From the IMG/VR virus record IMGVR_UViG_3300045988_165212: a stretch of 64,000 bases of DNA; one strand, 5' to 3'. This stretch comes from a virus. The notes below the pieces were generated by a model. That model was given only the letters and a program-made list of their open reading frames with translations, had not been told where the DNA came from and ran no database searches. This document shows positions 48,530 through 59,297 of the stretch, in pieces. The position numbers and the translations under genes are program-made. Position 1 is the stretch's first letter. Each line of letters begins with the position of its first letter.

Positions 48530-49831
48530 ATGCGTAGAGAAGGTTACATCATAGAAGAAATCATTGACTACTCCAATATGTCAGAGTCGTTTGATGAAGT
48601 TCTCCGTGGCAAGAAGCGGAAACGCTCACGTCAGGGACGCTACTTGCTTGCGCATCGTGAAGAGGTGATTAAGGAGCTAACAGAGCAAATTGCCAATGGC
48701 TCTTTCCGTGTGAGTGGCTACCGTGAGCGCACAATCCACGAATACGGCAAAGAAAGGAACTTGCAGATTCTTTCGATGAAAGACCGCATAGGTGTCCATG
48801 CTATAATGTCCGTGGTGGACAGACATCTGCAAAGACGTTACATACGCACAACAGCAGCATCCATCAAGGAACGTGGCACGCACGACCTTATGAAGGTAAT
48901 TCGTCAAGATATGCAGCATGACCCAGAAGGCACGCTATATGCCTACAAGTTTGACATCAGACATTTCTATGAGAATGTTCGTCAAGACTTTGCCATGTGG
49001 TGCTACCGCCGTGTGTTCAAAGACCAGAAGCTGCTCGTTATGTTGGAATCCTTTGTTACCATGCTGGACAGAGGCATCAGCTTTGGACTAAGAAGCTCGC
49101 AAGCCACTGGCAACTTGTTGTTGTCTGTATTTTTAGACCACTATTTGAAAGATAAGTGTGGGGTCGCTCATTTCTACAGATATTGTGATGACGGCCTTGT
49201 GCTTGGTAAAACGAAAGCGGAATTATGGGTGATTCGTGAAATTATCCACTCTCAGGTGAACCAGATTGATTTGGAGATAAAGCCAAATGAAAGGGTGTTC
49301 CCAGTGGATGAGGGCATTGACTTCTTGGGATATGTCATATATCCCGACCATGTGGCGATACGCAAGCGTATCAAGCAGAAGTTTGCCCGAAAAATGCACG
49401 AGGTTAAATCGAGGAAAAGAAGGCGTGAGCTGATTGCCAGTTTCTATGGCATGACAAAGCACGCCGACTGTAATAGATTGTTTAATAAATTAACAGGCAA
49501 AACAATGAGATCATTTAAAGATTTGAACGTTTCTTATAAGCCAGCGGATGGCAAGAAGCGTTTCCCTGGGTCAGTGGTAAGCATCAGGGAATTAGTGAAC
49601 TTACCAATCATCGTGAAGGACTTCGAGCTTGGCATCAAGACTGAGCAAGGCGAAGACCGCTGCATTGTCTCCATCGAACAGAACGGTGAGGCAAAGAAGT
49701 TTTTCACCAATTCGGAGGAAATGAAGAATATTCTCCAACAGATTAGTGAACTGCCAGATGGCTTGCCTTTTGAGACAACTATCAGAACAGAGACATTTGG
49801 CAAAGGTAGAACCAAATACGTATTTAGCTAA
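48530..49831 (+). CDS. DGR-type reverse transcriptase (arm copy)
   Basis: Translation identical to 20046..21347. Confidence 0.9.
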   Translation: MRREGYIIEEIIDYSNMSESFDEVLRGKKRKRSRQGRYLLAHREEVIKELTEQIANGSFRVSGYRERTIHEYGKERNLQILSMKDRIGVHAIMSVVDRHLQRRYIRTTAASIKERGTHDLMKVIRQDMQHDPEGTLYAYKFDIRHFYENVRQDFAMWCYRRVFKDQKLLVMLESFVTMLDRGISFGLRSSQATGNLLLSVFLDHYLKDKCGVAHFYRYCDDGLVLGKTKAELWVIREIIHSQVNQIDLEIKPNERVFPVDEGIDFLGYVIYPDHVAIRKRIKQKFARKMHEVKSRKRRRELIASFYGMTKHADCNRLFNKLTGKTMRSFKDLNVSYKPADGKKRFPGSVVSIRELVNLPIIVKDFELGIKTEQGEDRCIVSIEQNGEAKKFFTNSEEMKNILQQISELPDGLPFETTIRTETFGKGRTKYVFS

Positions 49832-50313
49832 TGAAACGAACAGAAGGAAGTGCGGTGGTGAAACTGCTTGAATGCGTGAACCCCGTCAAGAACAAATGGC
49901 GCATCCGTTGGGATGTCATAGTTAAAGAGGACGGTTCGGCCAACTACATGGAGGCAGAGTTTACCAATGGCAAGCCTTCTGTGGATGACATCAAGCGAAC
50001 CGTCTTGGACTGGTACAACGAACAGACTGACCAAGCCATCATTTCTGGCTTCACATATAAGGGTCAGGCAGTGTGGCTATCCACTGAAAACCAGTTCAAC
50101 TATAAGGCTGCTTATGACCTTGCCGTGCAAACGGAAGGAAAGACGCTGCCAGTAACGTTCAAGTTTGGAACTGAGGATGAACCGTCATACCATACGTTTG
50201 ACACACTTGAAGAACTCGCCGACTTTTATCTGAAAGCCACCGAATATGTGCAAAACACCTTGGCTGAGGGATGGAAGAAGAAGGATGCTTTTGATTTGAG
50301 CTTGTATCAGTAA
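49831..50313 (+). CDS. RT-coupled hypothetical protein (arm copy)
   Basis: Identical to 19564..20046. Confidence 0.55.
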   Translation: MKRTEGSAVVKLLECVNPVKNKWRIRWDVIVKEDGSANYMEAEFTNGKPSVDDIKRTVLDWYNEQTDQAIISGFTYKGQAVWLSTENQFNYKAAYDLAVQTEGKTLPVTFKFGTEDEPSYHTFDTLEELADFYLKATEYVQNTLAEGWKKKDAFDLSLYQ

Positions 50314-50339
50314 GGGTCAAACGACATCCGAAGGACATT

Positions 50340-50375
50340 AAAAAAGCATCCGAAGCTGTCAAGGCATCGGATGCT
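50340..50375. terminator. bidirectional terminator (arm copy)
   Basis: Mirror of 19502..19537. Confidence 0.7.
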
Positions 50376-50385
50376 TTAATTATAT

Positions 50386-50829
50386 TTACTTGGACTGGCC
50401 AAGTTCTCTGTAACCCACATAACTATAAGTTTCAATGTTTTCCAAAATATCCTCATGGTTGTGGTTGGTTGTCGAATTGCTGATGTCGAACTCCTTGAAA
50501 TGTTCACCGTCCACATCTGCCAGGGCTGTGTGAATCTTTTCCAAGAGGTCAAACACGGTCAAACTCTCTTCTCTTTGGTCGCTGTTGGCTGCACTGCTGC
50601 CCAACCAGTCTGTCACCACGTGCAAGTTCACTTTCGCTTCTGTCACATAGCGCATACCTGCCACCGTAGCCTCCCAGTTGATTGGGCAAAGCTCCACAAA
50701 CACCGCTGGACGTTCCCAGTTGTCTTCTTGTTCAATGAACTCCACATTGTGGTTCCAAAGGTCAATATACTTGATTTCTGGTATATTGCCCAGACGCTCA
50801 CAAAGCATCTTGTAAATCTCTTTTCTCAT
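50386..50829 (-). CDS. hypothetical structural protein (arm copy)
   Basis: Identical to 19048..19491. Confidence 0.45.
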   Translation of the reverse strand: MRKEIYKMLCERLGNIPEIKYIDLWNHNVEFIEQEDNWERPAVFVELCPINWEATVAGMRYVTEAKVNLHVVTDWLGSSAANSDQREESLTVFDLLEKIHTALADVDGEHFKEFDISNSTTNHNHEDILENIETYSYVGYRELGQSK

Positions 50830-51401
50830 TTCTTCAATCGTTTTTCAAAATGTTCCATTTCCTTTCCGAGGTATTCTTGCAAATTATCCTCGATGATGTC
50901 CGTAACTGCCTTTTCCACCTCTGGTGACAAACCCAGAAACTGCCTCTTTGGTATCTTGATTGTCGTGCCTTCCTTCTTCAAGGCCATGAACTTCCAGAAC
51001 TCTGCCACGTCACTGATGTGCCGTGTCTTTTTGTCCTTGCGCTGCGTGCCGTCCTTGCGCCTTGCAAAGGTCAATGCACCTGCGGCATCCATGTACTTGT
51101 GCCAGAAATAGCCTTTCATTCGTTTTGTCACCACTATCTCACCGCCTTCATTGTGAATGTCGGCGTATGGCAAATCAGTGAAGAAGCGGATGCTCGTTTC
51201 CTTCATCTCGCTTCTGACGCTTCTCCTCAGCGTGCCTGTATCAACAAGAATATGCCCACCTGGTCGAAGGGGGCTTCTGTGCCGTTCCCATGCCTCGCTG
51301 AAAAATGCCTCTCGCTCAAAGTTCTGGTCAAACTCGTCACTTAGGTCAACGCGGATGTCATTCAGAATCCTCTTAATAATAGTCTTTTCCTTGCTCATCA
51401 T
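50826..51401 (-). CDS. virion morphogenesis protein (arm copy)
   Basis: Mirror of 18476..19051. Confidence 0.6.
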   Translation of the reverse strand: MMSKEKTIIKRILNDIRVDLSDEFDQNFEREAFFSEAWERHRSPLRPGGHILVDTGTLRRSVRSEMKETSIRFFTDLPYADIHNEGGEIVVTKRMKGYFWHKYMDAAGALTFARRKDGTQRKDKKTRHISDVAEFWKFMALKKEGTTIKIPKRQFLGLSPEVEKAVTDIIEDNLQEYLGKEMEHFEKRLKK

Positions 51402-51624
51402 TCCAAAAATCAAGATACGGTTGAGCGTCTGCTGGAATCTCATTCTTTGATTCAGCAGACGCTTTCAATATATTGTAAAATTGACGCTCACTGATAGCAT
51501 ACTCAGGATATATGAACCTGCGCCATATCTCACGGTTTGGAACACCGTCCTTGATATGCCGGTCATATATCCTGTTGATGTCAGCAACACGTTTCTGATA
51601 ACTTAGTCCGCGTCGCTTTCCCAT
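51373..51624 (-). CDS. hypothetical protein (arm copy)
   Basis: Mirror of 18253..18504. Confidence 0.45.
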   Translation of the reverse strand: MGKRRGLSYQKRVADINRIYDRHIKDGVPNREIWRRFIYPEYAISERQFYNILKASAESKNEIPADAQPYLDFWNDEQGKDYY

Positions 51625-51628
51625 GGGG

Positions 51629-51811
51629 CTAATTGTTTGTTGTATGTTTAACCTTTGGATGATATGGACGGATGTCAAGTGTCATTTCACAGCTCACTGT
51701 CACACGTCCACTTCCTTCACATTGTGGGCAAATTTCCTCGCCCTTTCTCCCAGTGCCGTGGCACATTCTACACAGTGCCACCTTGGGTGCCTTGGTTGTC
51801 GTTGTCTTCAT
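51629..51811 (-). CDS. small zinc-finger protein (arm copy)
   Basis: Identical to 18066..18248. Confidence 0.45.
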   Translation of the reverse strand: MKTTTTKAPKVALCRMCHGTGRKGEEICPQCEGSGRVTVSCEMTLDIRPYHPKVKHTTNN

Positions 51812-52502
51812 TGGCTTCTTGTTTAGTTTCTGTTTGTTCTACATCTGTCACACTCAATGGGATGATGTGCCACTTGTTGTGTTCGTCCTTCCACTCAGCT
51901 CTGATGAACTGTTTGGTGAGCGATGGCTGATAAGCCTCTTCGATGATTTGCACACCTTCCTTGAATTGGTCGTTGTCGCTCTTGTCTGCCAGTTTGCGAA
52001 GCTGCAACACACGGCTTGCCTTCAAGTTGCCTGTTCCGTCACGGCTCAATAGCTGTAGGATGGTTGCCACAAGTTCCTTGCTTTTGGTGTCGGTTGCAAG
52101 GCTCTCGATGTACTGCTTGACGATGGCAATGCCGTCATTCACTGTGTCACGGTAGTCATCAATGCAGTTGTAACCAAGCGTGAGGCGCATCTTTCCGTTT
52201 GAATGGGTGAAGGTGTGTGTGCGCTGGGTGTCCTTGGTCAGCTTCAACACGTTTGCCTTGATGTTGATGACTTCCGCAAAGTTCTCATAAACCTTGCTCT
52301 TCACTGCAAGCATCTGTTCTGACAGGCTGCGAAGTTCGGGGATGGCACTCTCAATCTCGTTGTCCACCAACTGGGCGTAAGCCTCACGGTCTTCCTTGCG
52401 CTTCTTAGCAGCCTTTTCCTTGGCTTGCTTCTCTTGGAACTGCTTGAAGGCTTCTGCCTCTTCCGCTGTCATTTCTACTGTCTGTTTCTTGTTCTCTTCC
52501 AT
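51768..52502 (-). CDS. DUF3164-like hypothetical protein (arm copy)
   Basis: Identical to 17375..18109. Confidence 0.45.
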   Translation of the reverse strand: MEENKKQTVEMTAEEAEAFKQFQEKQAKEKAAKKRKEDREAYAQLVDNEIESAIPELRSLSEQMLAVKSKVYENFAEVINIKANVLKLTKDTQRTHTFTHSNGKMRLTLGYNCIDDYRDTVNDGIAIVKQYIESLATDTKSKELVATILQLLSRDGTGNLKASRVLQLRKLADKSDNDQFKEGVQIIEEAYQPSLTKQFIRAEWKDEHNKWHIIPLSVTDVEQTETKQEANEDNDNQGTQGGTV

Positions 52503-52531
52503 TGTCTTGTCGTTTAAAATGGGTTGTATTT

Positions 52532-52999
52532 TTAGGCATGAGGGATTCCATCCAAAGGGATATACATCACCATCCTGCCAGGATTGTTCACGTCTTCTTT
52601 CTCTTTCAAACCGCCTTTCTTCTTGATTGCTCTGAGTTTTCTTTGGAAATCTTCCATTTCGTCAAGTCGGATTCTGGCAAACTCCTTTCCGCAAATTCGA
52701 GGATGCTTGCAGAACTCATTGATGCGCTGCCAGTCGGTTGTGTCCACGCCAATCTCTTGTATCAGCTTTAGGCAGATGCTGCGATTGCGTTTCAATCTAT
52801 CTTTTCGACCGCTCAGTTTCTCCAGACCGTCACAACAATCATTGTACTCTTGCCAAGTCATTTCCTTCAAGCTCTCTGTGCGTCCGAAAGTGTATTGACT
52901 GACAATTTCCTTCTTGAACTCTTCACGACTGCCACAATAGCAAGGCAGTTCGTTGAATGAGGCAAAGAAACGGCTAAAGTTCGTTACTTGCTGCTTCAT
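52532..52999 (-). CDS. GemA-like hypothetical protein (arm copy)
   Basis: Mirror of 16878..17345. Confidence 0.4.
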   Translation of the reverse strand: MKQQVTNFSRFFASFNELPCYCGSREEFKKEIVSQYTFGRTESLKEMTWQEYNDCCDGLEKLSGRKDRLKRNRSICLKLIQEIGVDTTDWQRINEFCKHPRICGKEFARIRLDEMEDFQRKLRAIKKKGGLKEKEDVNNPGRMVMYIPLDGIPHA

Positions 53000-53243
53000 G
53001 GCCGACACCTCTGTAAGTCATAAAATACTGGCGTGCCTCTTTCACGCTTGCAGCCATGCCAAGGGTCAAGTCTTCCGTCTCCAGTATTGGCACATTGTCG
53101 AAGCATAGGAATATCTTGCCATTGAACTCTCTTGCCTGTAGTCTTGACCTGGCTTCTTCTCTCACTTGCGCTGCACGTTTCTGTTCAGCCTTTTTCTTGC
53201 AGTTCTCACGCATAGCATGGAACCAATTACTGATTTTACTCAT
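52974..53243 (-). CDS. hypothetical protein (arm copy)
   Basis: Identical to 16634..16903. Confidence 0.45.
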   Translation of the reverse strand: MSKISNWFHAMRENCKKKAEQKRAAQVREEARSRLQAREFNGKIFLCFDNVPILETEDLTLGMAASVKEARQYFMTYRGVGHEAASNEL

Positions 53244-53249
53244 ATTCGT

Positions 53250-53489
53250 TTATTTTTTAGTTGTCTTTTCATTGTTTGGTAGCCATGTTATTTCAATGAT
53301 GGCTTTCATTTCTTTCTTGCCTTGGCATATAGGGCAAGGAACTTTCACGCTTTCCCAATTGGCGTCACGTCCCCAGAAGTAACCATTGCCGTGGCAATAT
53401 CCACATTCATGCCCTTGACTCACTATTTTCTCATGGGTGACTTGGCATGATGGTGAAACCAGTTCTAACACCCTTCGTTCTTTACTCAT
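53250..53489 (-). CDS. small zinc-finger protein (arm copy)
   Basis: Mirror of 16388..16627. Confidence 0.5.
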   Translation of the reverse strand: MSKERRVLELVSPSCQVTHEKIVSQGHECGYCHGNGYFWGRDANWESVKVPCPICQGKKEMKAIIEITWLPNNEKTTKK

Positions 53490-53658
53490 TGTCTGCCACC
53501 TCCTTTCTCTCACCAAGATACTCACATTTCATGGCATCAAGCGACATATCGTTTAATCTGCCAGACAAGTCTCTGAACATCTGTTCTTGATCCAAGTAGG
53601 TAAAATCCTTTGTCTTGTCCTTGATGATTGCCACCAGGCTTTCAATCACTTCTTCCAT
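53482..53658 (-). CDS. hypothetical 58-aa protein (arm copy)
   Basis: Mirror of 16219..16395. Confidence 0.35.
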   Translation of the reverse strand: MEEVIESLVAIIKDKTKDFTYLDQEQMFRDLSGRLNDMSLDAMKCEYLGERKEVADNE

Positions 53659-53661
53659 AAG

Positions 53662-53886
53662 CTATATTATTTGATAAGTTACTTTTTCATATCCATGCCA
53701 CTGGATGATTCTGTTTGCCCACATCAGACTTTTTGTTTTCAGTACAAACTTGCCTTTATTCTTCTGTGAGCGCATTACATTCAAGTCGCACTCGTAATCA
53801 CGTTCAAGCCATTCTCTCATAACCGACTTGCATTGCTCTGCCGTCATCAAGACGAAAATGGTATCACCGTCCTTGTATTTGTCCAT
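53662..53886 (-). CDS. hypothetical protein (arm copy)
   Basis: Mirror of 15991..16215. Confidence 0.4.
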   Translation of the reverse strand: MDKYKDGDTIFVLMTAEQCKSVMREWLERDYECDLNVMRSQKNKGKFVLKTKSLMWANRIIQWHGYEKVTYQII

Positions 53887-53891
53887 ACGCC

Positions 53892-54515
53892 TTATGTTTC
53901 GTTGCTTGTTTGTATTACTCCATCCTCCCATACGGTGAATGCCTCACCTGCCTCACCAATAGCACGACCTTGGCAATATGCCTTATATCCTTGCACTCTC
54001 ACCTTCATACCTGCCATGTACTTCAATCGGGCTGCTGGTTTGCCAAGCGGTTGCCCCTTGTATTCCTGGCTGATGAATATGAAGCACTTTCGAGGGAAGT
54101 CATCTGCAAGCGTCTTGGCTTGCTCATAGCTCCAATTTGAATATTGGAAGCTGTCAATGATGACAAACTTGGCACTCTTGCGTTTTTTAAGCCTTGCCCT
54201 CAGATCGTCAAGGGTGTCGTCTGTTGCCACACGAAACTTGCCTTGCACCTCATTCATCTTGTAGCGGTTGATGCGGTCTTGAAAGCTCTTGCTCACACCT
54301 TCCTCATAACTCAGGTAAAGAACGCCACCATACGAGCAAAGTTCTTTGGCAAGCTGCATCACAAAGCTGCTCTTTCCACTTGCGCTCGACCCCGACACAA
54401 ACCATGTTTCTGTTATGGAAGGGAATCCAAATACCTTGCTCCACTTCTCACCCCAGGGAATGGTGATATATGTCTTTGCAGCTATATCCCTGGGGCTATA
54501 TGCTCGCTTTGCCAT
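53892..54515 (-). CDS. P-loop ATPase (arm copy)
   Basis: Identical to 15362..15985. Confidence 0.6.
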   Translation of the reverse strand: MAKRAYSPRDIAAKTYITIPWGEKWSKVFGFPSITETWFVSGSSASGKSSFVMQLAKELCSYGGVLYLSYEEGVSKSFQDRINRYKMNEVQGKFRVATDDTLDDLRARLKKRKSAKFVIIDSFQYSNWSYEQAKTLADDFPRKCFIFISQEYKGQPLGKPAARLKYMAGMKVRVQGYKAYCQGRAIGEAGEAFTVWEDGVIQTSNET

Positions 54516-54517
54516 AA

Positions 54518-54769
54518 TTATCTACCTTTTATATAACACCAACCCATCAAATGTTCAAACGGAAGTGATACACCATGAATGGTTCTAAATACACTAAAGT
54601 TACCATCTTCATCAACCTCACCATCACACCATCCTCTGCATACTTTTAAATTGTCCATGACAAAACGAGCTTCACGTTTTTCATCAATGCTTTGCAATGT
54701 GTCTGGTGATTTCAATACCTTACGGCTTCCATCATTGAACGTTACCGTTATCTTATTTCCCATAATCAT
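54518..54769 (-). CDS. hypothetical protein (arm copy)
   Basis: Identical to 15108..15359. Confidence 0.45.
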   Translation of the reverse strand: MIMGNKITVTFNDGSRKVLKSPDTLQSIDEKREARFVMDNLKVCRGWCDGEVDEDGNFSVFRTIHGVSLPFEHLMGWCYIKGR

Positions 54770-55641
54770 GCAAGTTTCAGTTTCTCAATCTCAGTATAGA
54801 CACGGCGCAAACCGCCGTTTGTTTTTCTTACGATGGTTGCGATGTCAGCACCCTCAGGAGCGTTCACCTTTGCAACGACTTCCGCTTGATGTCGCAAGAA
54901 CTTATCACGTTCTTTGCCATCGTCTGGTGTAACCTTGGAATACCTGCCACCGTAACGGCTCAGCATTTCTGTATAACCAACTTTCTTGCACTCAATGGAA
55001 CGGTTGATTTTTTCCTTCAATCCGTCCGCTCCCATCATGTACCAAGCACAACAGCGTTCCGTTGCATTCCAAAGGGCTTTGAGTTCCAAGAATGCCTCAT
55101 ACTGCAAATCACCAGCTTCATCAAGGATGATAAGAGGGTGTTCGATGGAACGAAGGTAATAAACCAAGTCTTCATACACATCAGCATAATGTCCTTTGCT
55201 ATCCACGCCAAACTCAGATGCTATTTTGCGAACTAACTTCAATTTGGTTTTCACCTGTGAACAGTCGATATAAACAGCGTTCTTGTGTCCTTGCACATAA
55301 TAGCGTGCCGTGAACGTTTTACCTATGTTGGGTATATCACAAAGGATGCTGCTTTGTCCAGAGCCTTGGCAAAACTCTATCTGCTTGGTGATATACTTGA
55401 AGGTTTCCGTTGCTGCTGCCTTCCATTCCATTTCATCACGCAAGGCTACATTCAACTTTCTTGCAATGCTCAGCCAGTTTGCATCACTCAGAGCCTTCTC
55501 TGTCTGGCCATTCTTCAACATGCTGTAGATGGATGTAGAGATACCAATGGCGGTTGCGTGCTTTGCGTCACTTGGATAGTTTGACCTGTTGGCTGCTATC
55601 GCTGCCAATATCTTTTTCTTTGTAGCTTCTGTTATTATCAT
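54766..55641 (-). CDS. MuB-like AAA+ ATPase (arm copy)
   Basis: Identical to 14236..15111. Confidence 0.7.
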   Translation of the reverse strand: MIITEATKKKILAAIAANRSNYPSDAKHATAIGISTSIYSMLKNGQTEKALSDANWLSIARKLNVALRDEMEWKAAATETFKYITKQIEFCQGSGQSSILCDIPNIGKTFTARYYVQGHKNAVYIDCSQVKTKLKLVRKIASEFGVDSKGHYADVYEDLVYYLRSIEHPLIILDEAGDLQYEAFLELKALWNATERCCAWYMMGADGLKEKINRSIECKKVGYTEMLSRYGGRYSKVTPDDGKERDKFLRHQAEVVAKVNAPEGADIATIVRKTNGGLRRVYTEIEKLKLA

Positions 55642-55685
55642 AGCTGTAATCTTTAATCGTTATTATAATGATGTTTGGATGATGT

Positions 55686-57683
55686 CTAAATGTCGGCCAA
55701 AGCTCGTTCCTCGATGGACATTTCCTCTTGATGGTCTTCATCGGGTTCCTCTATCTTTGGCGGTGGAAGCACCAGACATTCATCAATGTCTTCCTGTTTC
55801 TTTTCCACCTTCATCACTCCAACCTTGCCAATGGCATTGTCCTTGACGTATTTTGTAAACGAGGCAACTTTCTTCTGTTGTGCTTGGTATTTCTCCAAGT
55901 CTTCATCAGTCTGTTCTGCCATCACACGGTTGTAGGTTTCCACTCGTTCCACTTGGTCAATGAATCTGTCACCTTGAAAGATGAACACCTCTTGTGGCTT
56001 GCCGTCTGCATCTGGAATGTAGTATGCCGTCACCTTATTGTTGTTTGGCTCCAGACGTTCCAGCTTTTCGGTCTTGCTCAACCACCAATCTTCGTATGCC
56101 ACTCTTACGGTGGAGTTTCTTCTGATGCTTGTTTCCACTCTCTCACCAATGTATCTTGCAAGCGTAAGTTTGTCAAGCGGTTGAAGGGTTGGATTGATGT
56201 TGGCAACAAGAACGTCCCATCTGCTCATACCAGGGTACTTCTTTTGATTCGGGTGCAAGCTGTGATTCCACTCATAGTTGTCTTGGCGGTCATCAGCTAT
56301 CAGTTGATCATAGCTGAAATATTCCTTATCCTCATAAAGCTCGTTGGTTTCGTCACTGATTTTCTTGCTTTCCGTGCGCCACTTGCCTTTTCCATAGAAA
56401 CGGCCAATGCCTTCATGGTTCTTGTGGATGATGCTGCGTTTCTTCGCACCGTTCAAGTTCTCTGCATATTTCTCTTGCGAGTTCTGAGGCGCACAGAAAT
56501 GAACGAATGGGAATGCGACACCTGCTTGCAGAAATCCGTCCTTGTATTGCGACATCAAGTGATTCTCAACCTCAATACCTGCTGGCATACCCCAACCATT
56601 GCGTTCTATCAGTCGGAACATATCCCTAAAGCAGTCAAGCACCAGGATTTCATCCTTTTTCCTTGCGTAAGATGCGCCAATCACACATTGGCTGACCACA
56701 TCATAAGCATAGTAAGCGTGAACCCTCTGCTTGGTGTCTTTCAACTTTCGTGTCAAGTCCACGTCATCCATTGTGATTTGGCTCAAAGAGAACTCACCTG
56801 CATGGCGGTGCATGTGCGGCATCTGTTCGTGCATGAAGGTGGTGTAACTCATAAGTTCATGTTCAATTAGCACCTTGTTTTTCGGTCGGTTCAAGTAGTT
56901 GGTGATTGTCGATTCACTCAAAACCTTTGGTTCACCGCTCTTGTCTGTGAAATCATCGGGGTTGAATAGTTCTCCAGTTTCAGGATCATAGACCTCTATT
57001 TCACCACAAACAAACGAATTGTATAGTTCCAAGACACTTGTGTTGAATGGCTTGTTAGGAAGTACTGCCAAGCCCAAAATCAAGCGTTCCGTCTTGTAAT
57101 CAACCTTGCGTGCGCTTTGGTTTCCGAACTTGCCACTTATCAGACAGGCATAGCCAAACTTCTTGTATTCGGCTACTTTCTTTCTGAATCGCATGGTTGA
57201 AGCAGGTAGCGTATGGCCAAATTTCTCTTTGAGTGTTTTGATGGTGGTTGCCATCTTTTCCCAGTCGTATTTTTCTCCCATCAGCTTCTTTGATGCGCTT
57301 GCACGGTTGTAGAGCTTGATGCAAGTGTTCAGAACAGAGGCATTCACCACATATTCCTTCACTTTCTCTTGTGTGAGGTCAAGCCCAGTCTTGGCACGGT
57401 CGTTGAAGAAAGCAACGGCTGCTTGGTCGGTCTCATAGTTGGACGTTATCCAACCCTCCAGTCTCACAGTGTCACCACCAGGATAAAGTTCATCCACCAT
57501 TTTGCGGTAGATGGTAGGAATGCTATCAACGGCAACCAGAGCATAACGTCCTTGCCCCTTACCGCTACGCACCACATTGATGCGCTTCCTGGCAGATAGC
57601 TGCTTGTAGTTCGAGGCAGTCATTATGCCACCGTCAACAAGCTCACGTGCTGAAATGCAAAGTGTGTTACCGTAATACTCCAT
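55686..57683 (-). CDS. putative Mu A-like transposase (arm copy)
   Basis: Identical to 12194..14191. Confidence 0.65.
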   Translation of the reverse strand: MEYYGNTLCISARELVDGGIMTASNYKQLSARKRINVVRSGKGQGRYALVAVDSIPTIYRKMVDELYPGGDTVRLEGWITSNYETDQAAVAFFNDRAKTGLDLTQEKVKEYVVNASVLNTCIKLYNRASASKKLMGEKYDWEKMATTIKTLKEKFGHTLPASTMRFRKKVAEYKKFGYACLISGKFGNQSARKVDYKTERLILGLAVLPNKPFNTSVLELYNSFVCGEIEVYDPETGELFNPDDFTDKSGEPKVLSESTITNYLNRPKNKVLIEHELMSYTTFMHEQMPHMHRHAGEFSLSQITMDDVDLTRKLKDTKQRVHAYYAYDVVSQCVIGASYARKKDEILVLDCFRDMFRLIERNGWGMPAGIEVENHLMSQYKDGFLQAGVAFPFVHFCAPQNSQEKYAENLNGAKKRSIIHKNHEGIGRFYGKGKWRTESKKISDETNELYEDKEYFSYDQLIADDRQDNYEWNHSLHPNQKKYPGMSRWDVLVANINPTLQPLDKLTLARYIGERVETSIRRNSTVRVAYEDWWLSKTEKLERLEPNNNKVTAYYIPDADGKPQEVFIFQGDRFIDQVERVETYNRVMAEQTDEDLEKYQAQQKKVASFTKYVKDNAIGKVGVMKVEKKQEDIDECLVLPPPKIEEPDEDHQEEMSIEERALADI

Positions 57684-57698
57684 TTCTCACCTCCTTGA

Positions 57699-58148
57699 TT
57701 ATTCGGCACAAACAGGTCTTGCGTACTTTTTGTAAAGCTCTGGGGTAGTCAAGATGTCGGCATCCCTCTGTGTCCATGCAGCAAAGATGCTTTGGATTTC
57801 TTCCAGTTGCTTGATTTTCACATCCTGGTATTGCTTCATCATCTTGCCCTTGTAGAACACATCCACATTGCCATTGGCTTTGTTGCACTCAATCATTGCA
57901 CCATTGGGGAAGTATTGGCGCATATAGCCATCTGCATCATGGATGGTCTCAACCTCTGGGGCAACTATCATCACAATGCCACCTTTCTGCTTGGCATATA
58001 CACGGATGCGCTTTGCCTTGTCACTTTCGCCACGCTTCGCATCAAAGTTCAGGGCATAATAAACCATTTTCCCTGTAACGTTGAACGCTGCCATGATGTC
58101 CTGGCGAACTTCTCTTGTTACGTCAATGTACTTTTTCATTGCTTCCAT
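57699..58148 (-). CDS. hypothetical early protein (arm copy)
   Basis: Identical to 11729..12178. Confidence 0.55.
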   Translation of the reverse strand: MEAMKKYIDVTREVRQDIMAAFNVTGKMVYYALNFDAKRGESDKAKRIRVYAKQKGGIVMIVAPEVETIHDADGYMRQYFPNGAMIECNKANGNVDVFYKGKMMKQYQDVKIKQLEEIQSIFAAWTQRDADILTTPELYKKYARPVCAE

Positions 58149-58331
58149 TTTTAATCGTTATACAAATCTTGTTTTATCTTTTTAAGATGCAAAATTCGTC
58201 TTTCTCACGCCTTTTTTGTATCTTTGGCGCTGTGTTCCTTTAGTAACACGGTGCAAAGATAAGCATTTTGAATATATCTGCAAAATTTTAAAGCGATTAT
58301 TTTCGCGTAATGAATATAATTTATACGCAAT

Positions 58332-59042
58332 ATGAATAAGATAGAGATATTAAACGCTTTGATAGACTACTATTCTGGTGGAATAAAGGCGAAATTTGCC
58401 GAAAAGATAGGCGTTAAGCCTCAAACAATCAATACTTGGTTGCTTAGAGGTTCTTTTGATACGGAGTTGATATATTCAAAATGCGAATATATCTCAGGCG
58501 ATTGGCTTCTCACTGGAGAGGGCGAAATGTTTAGAAATAGGTGTTCAGATAAGCATTTTGAATCTATCTGCAAAGAAAATGAGCAAAACATTTCGCACAA
58601 TAAAGAAAGTTTAACACTCAACACTCCAAAGCTCGCTGATGATCCAGATGTTGGTAAGCCATACTATGATGTAGATTTCATTGGTGGCTTCACAGAGATA
58701 CTAAACTCTCAGGTTAGTGTTCCTGCAACCAACATTGTCATCCGTGGTTTTGAGAAAGCTGATTTATGGTGCAATGTCACTGGCCATTCAATGGAGCCAA
58801 AAATCAATCATGGCGACATCATTGCTCTTCGCCAATGTACGCTGGATGATGTTCAGTATGGCGAAATATACGCTGTTGTGCTTGACACGATACGAACCAT
58901 CAAGATATTGCGCAAGTCTGATGATCCTGACAAGTTCCGTTTCATCCCAATCAACTTGCAAGAATACGATGAACAAGAATACCCGAAATCAAGGATATTG
59001 AATATCTTTGAGGTCATTGGTAGCATAAGCAAGTTCTTTTAA
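58332..59042 (+). CDS. S24-type phage repressor (arm copy)
   Basis: Identical to 10835..11545. Confidence 0.8.
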   Translation: MNKIEILNALIDYYSGGIKAKFAEKIGVKPQTINTWLLRGSFDTELIYSKCEYISGDWLLTGEGEMFRNRCSDKHFESICKENEQNISHNKESLTLNTPKLADDPDVGKPYYDVDFIGGFTEILNSQVSVPATNIVIRGFEKADLWCNVTGHSMEPKINHGDIIALRQCTLDDVQYGEIYAVVLDTIRTIKILRKSDDPDKFRFIPINLQEYDEQEYPKSRILNIFEVIGSISKFF

Positions 59043-59239
59043 CCCCATAGTGACACCCCCTTTGGCACTCCAAGTGGGGTGTCACCCCCTCTTTATCGCC
59101 CAAAAAGCCCTATATATTATATATAATAAGGTGTAAACTTCAAAAATCGTTGCTCCGAAAGGGGTAGTTTCCTCACAATTAACCGCAAAAAGTGGTTAGT
59201 TTCTTCGTTCAGCTTTTTGTATGCCAACGACCCCACTTT

Positions 59240-59297
59240 TGTAACCCTTAATTCTCGAAAGTGTAACCCTTAACTGTAACCCTTAGTGTAACCCTTA
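59240..59297 (-). promoter_or_regulatory. four TAAGGGTTACA repeats (arm copy)
   Basis: Mirror of 10580..10637. Confidence 0.55.

Noticed and set aside
48530-49831. A second, independent reverse transcriptase (second DGR or retron).
   Set aside because: It is a base-for-base mirror of 20046..21347 inside the 15.8-kb inverted duplication, not a diverged paralogue.
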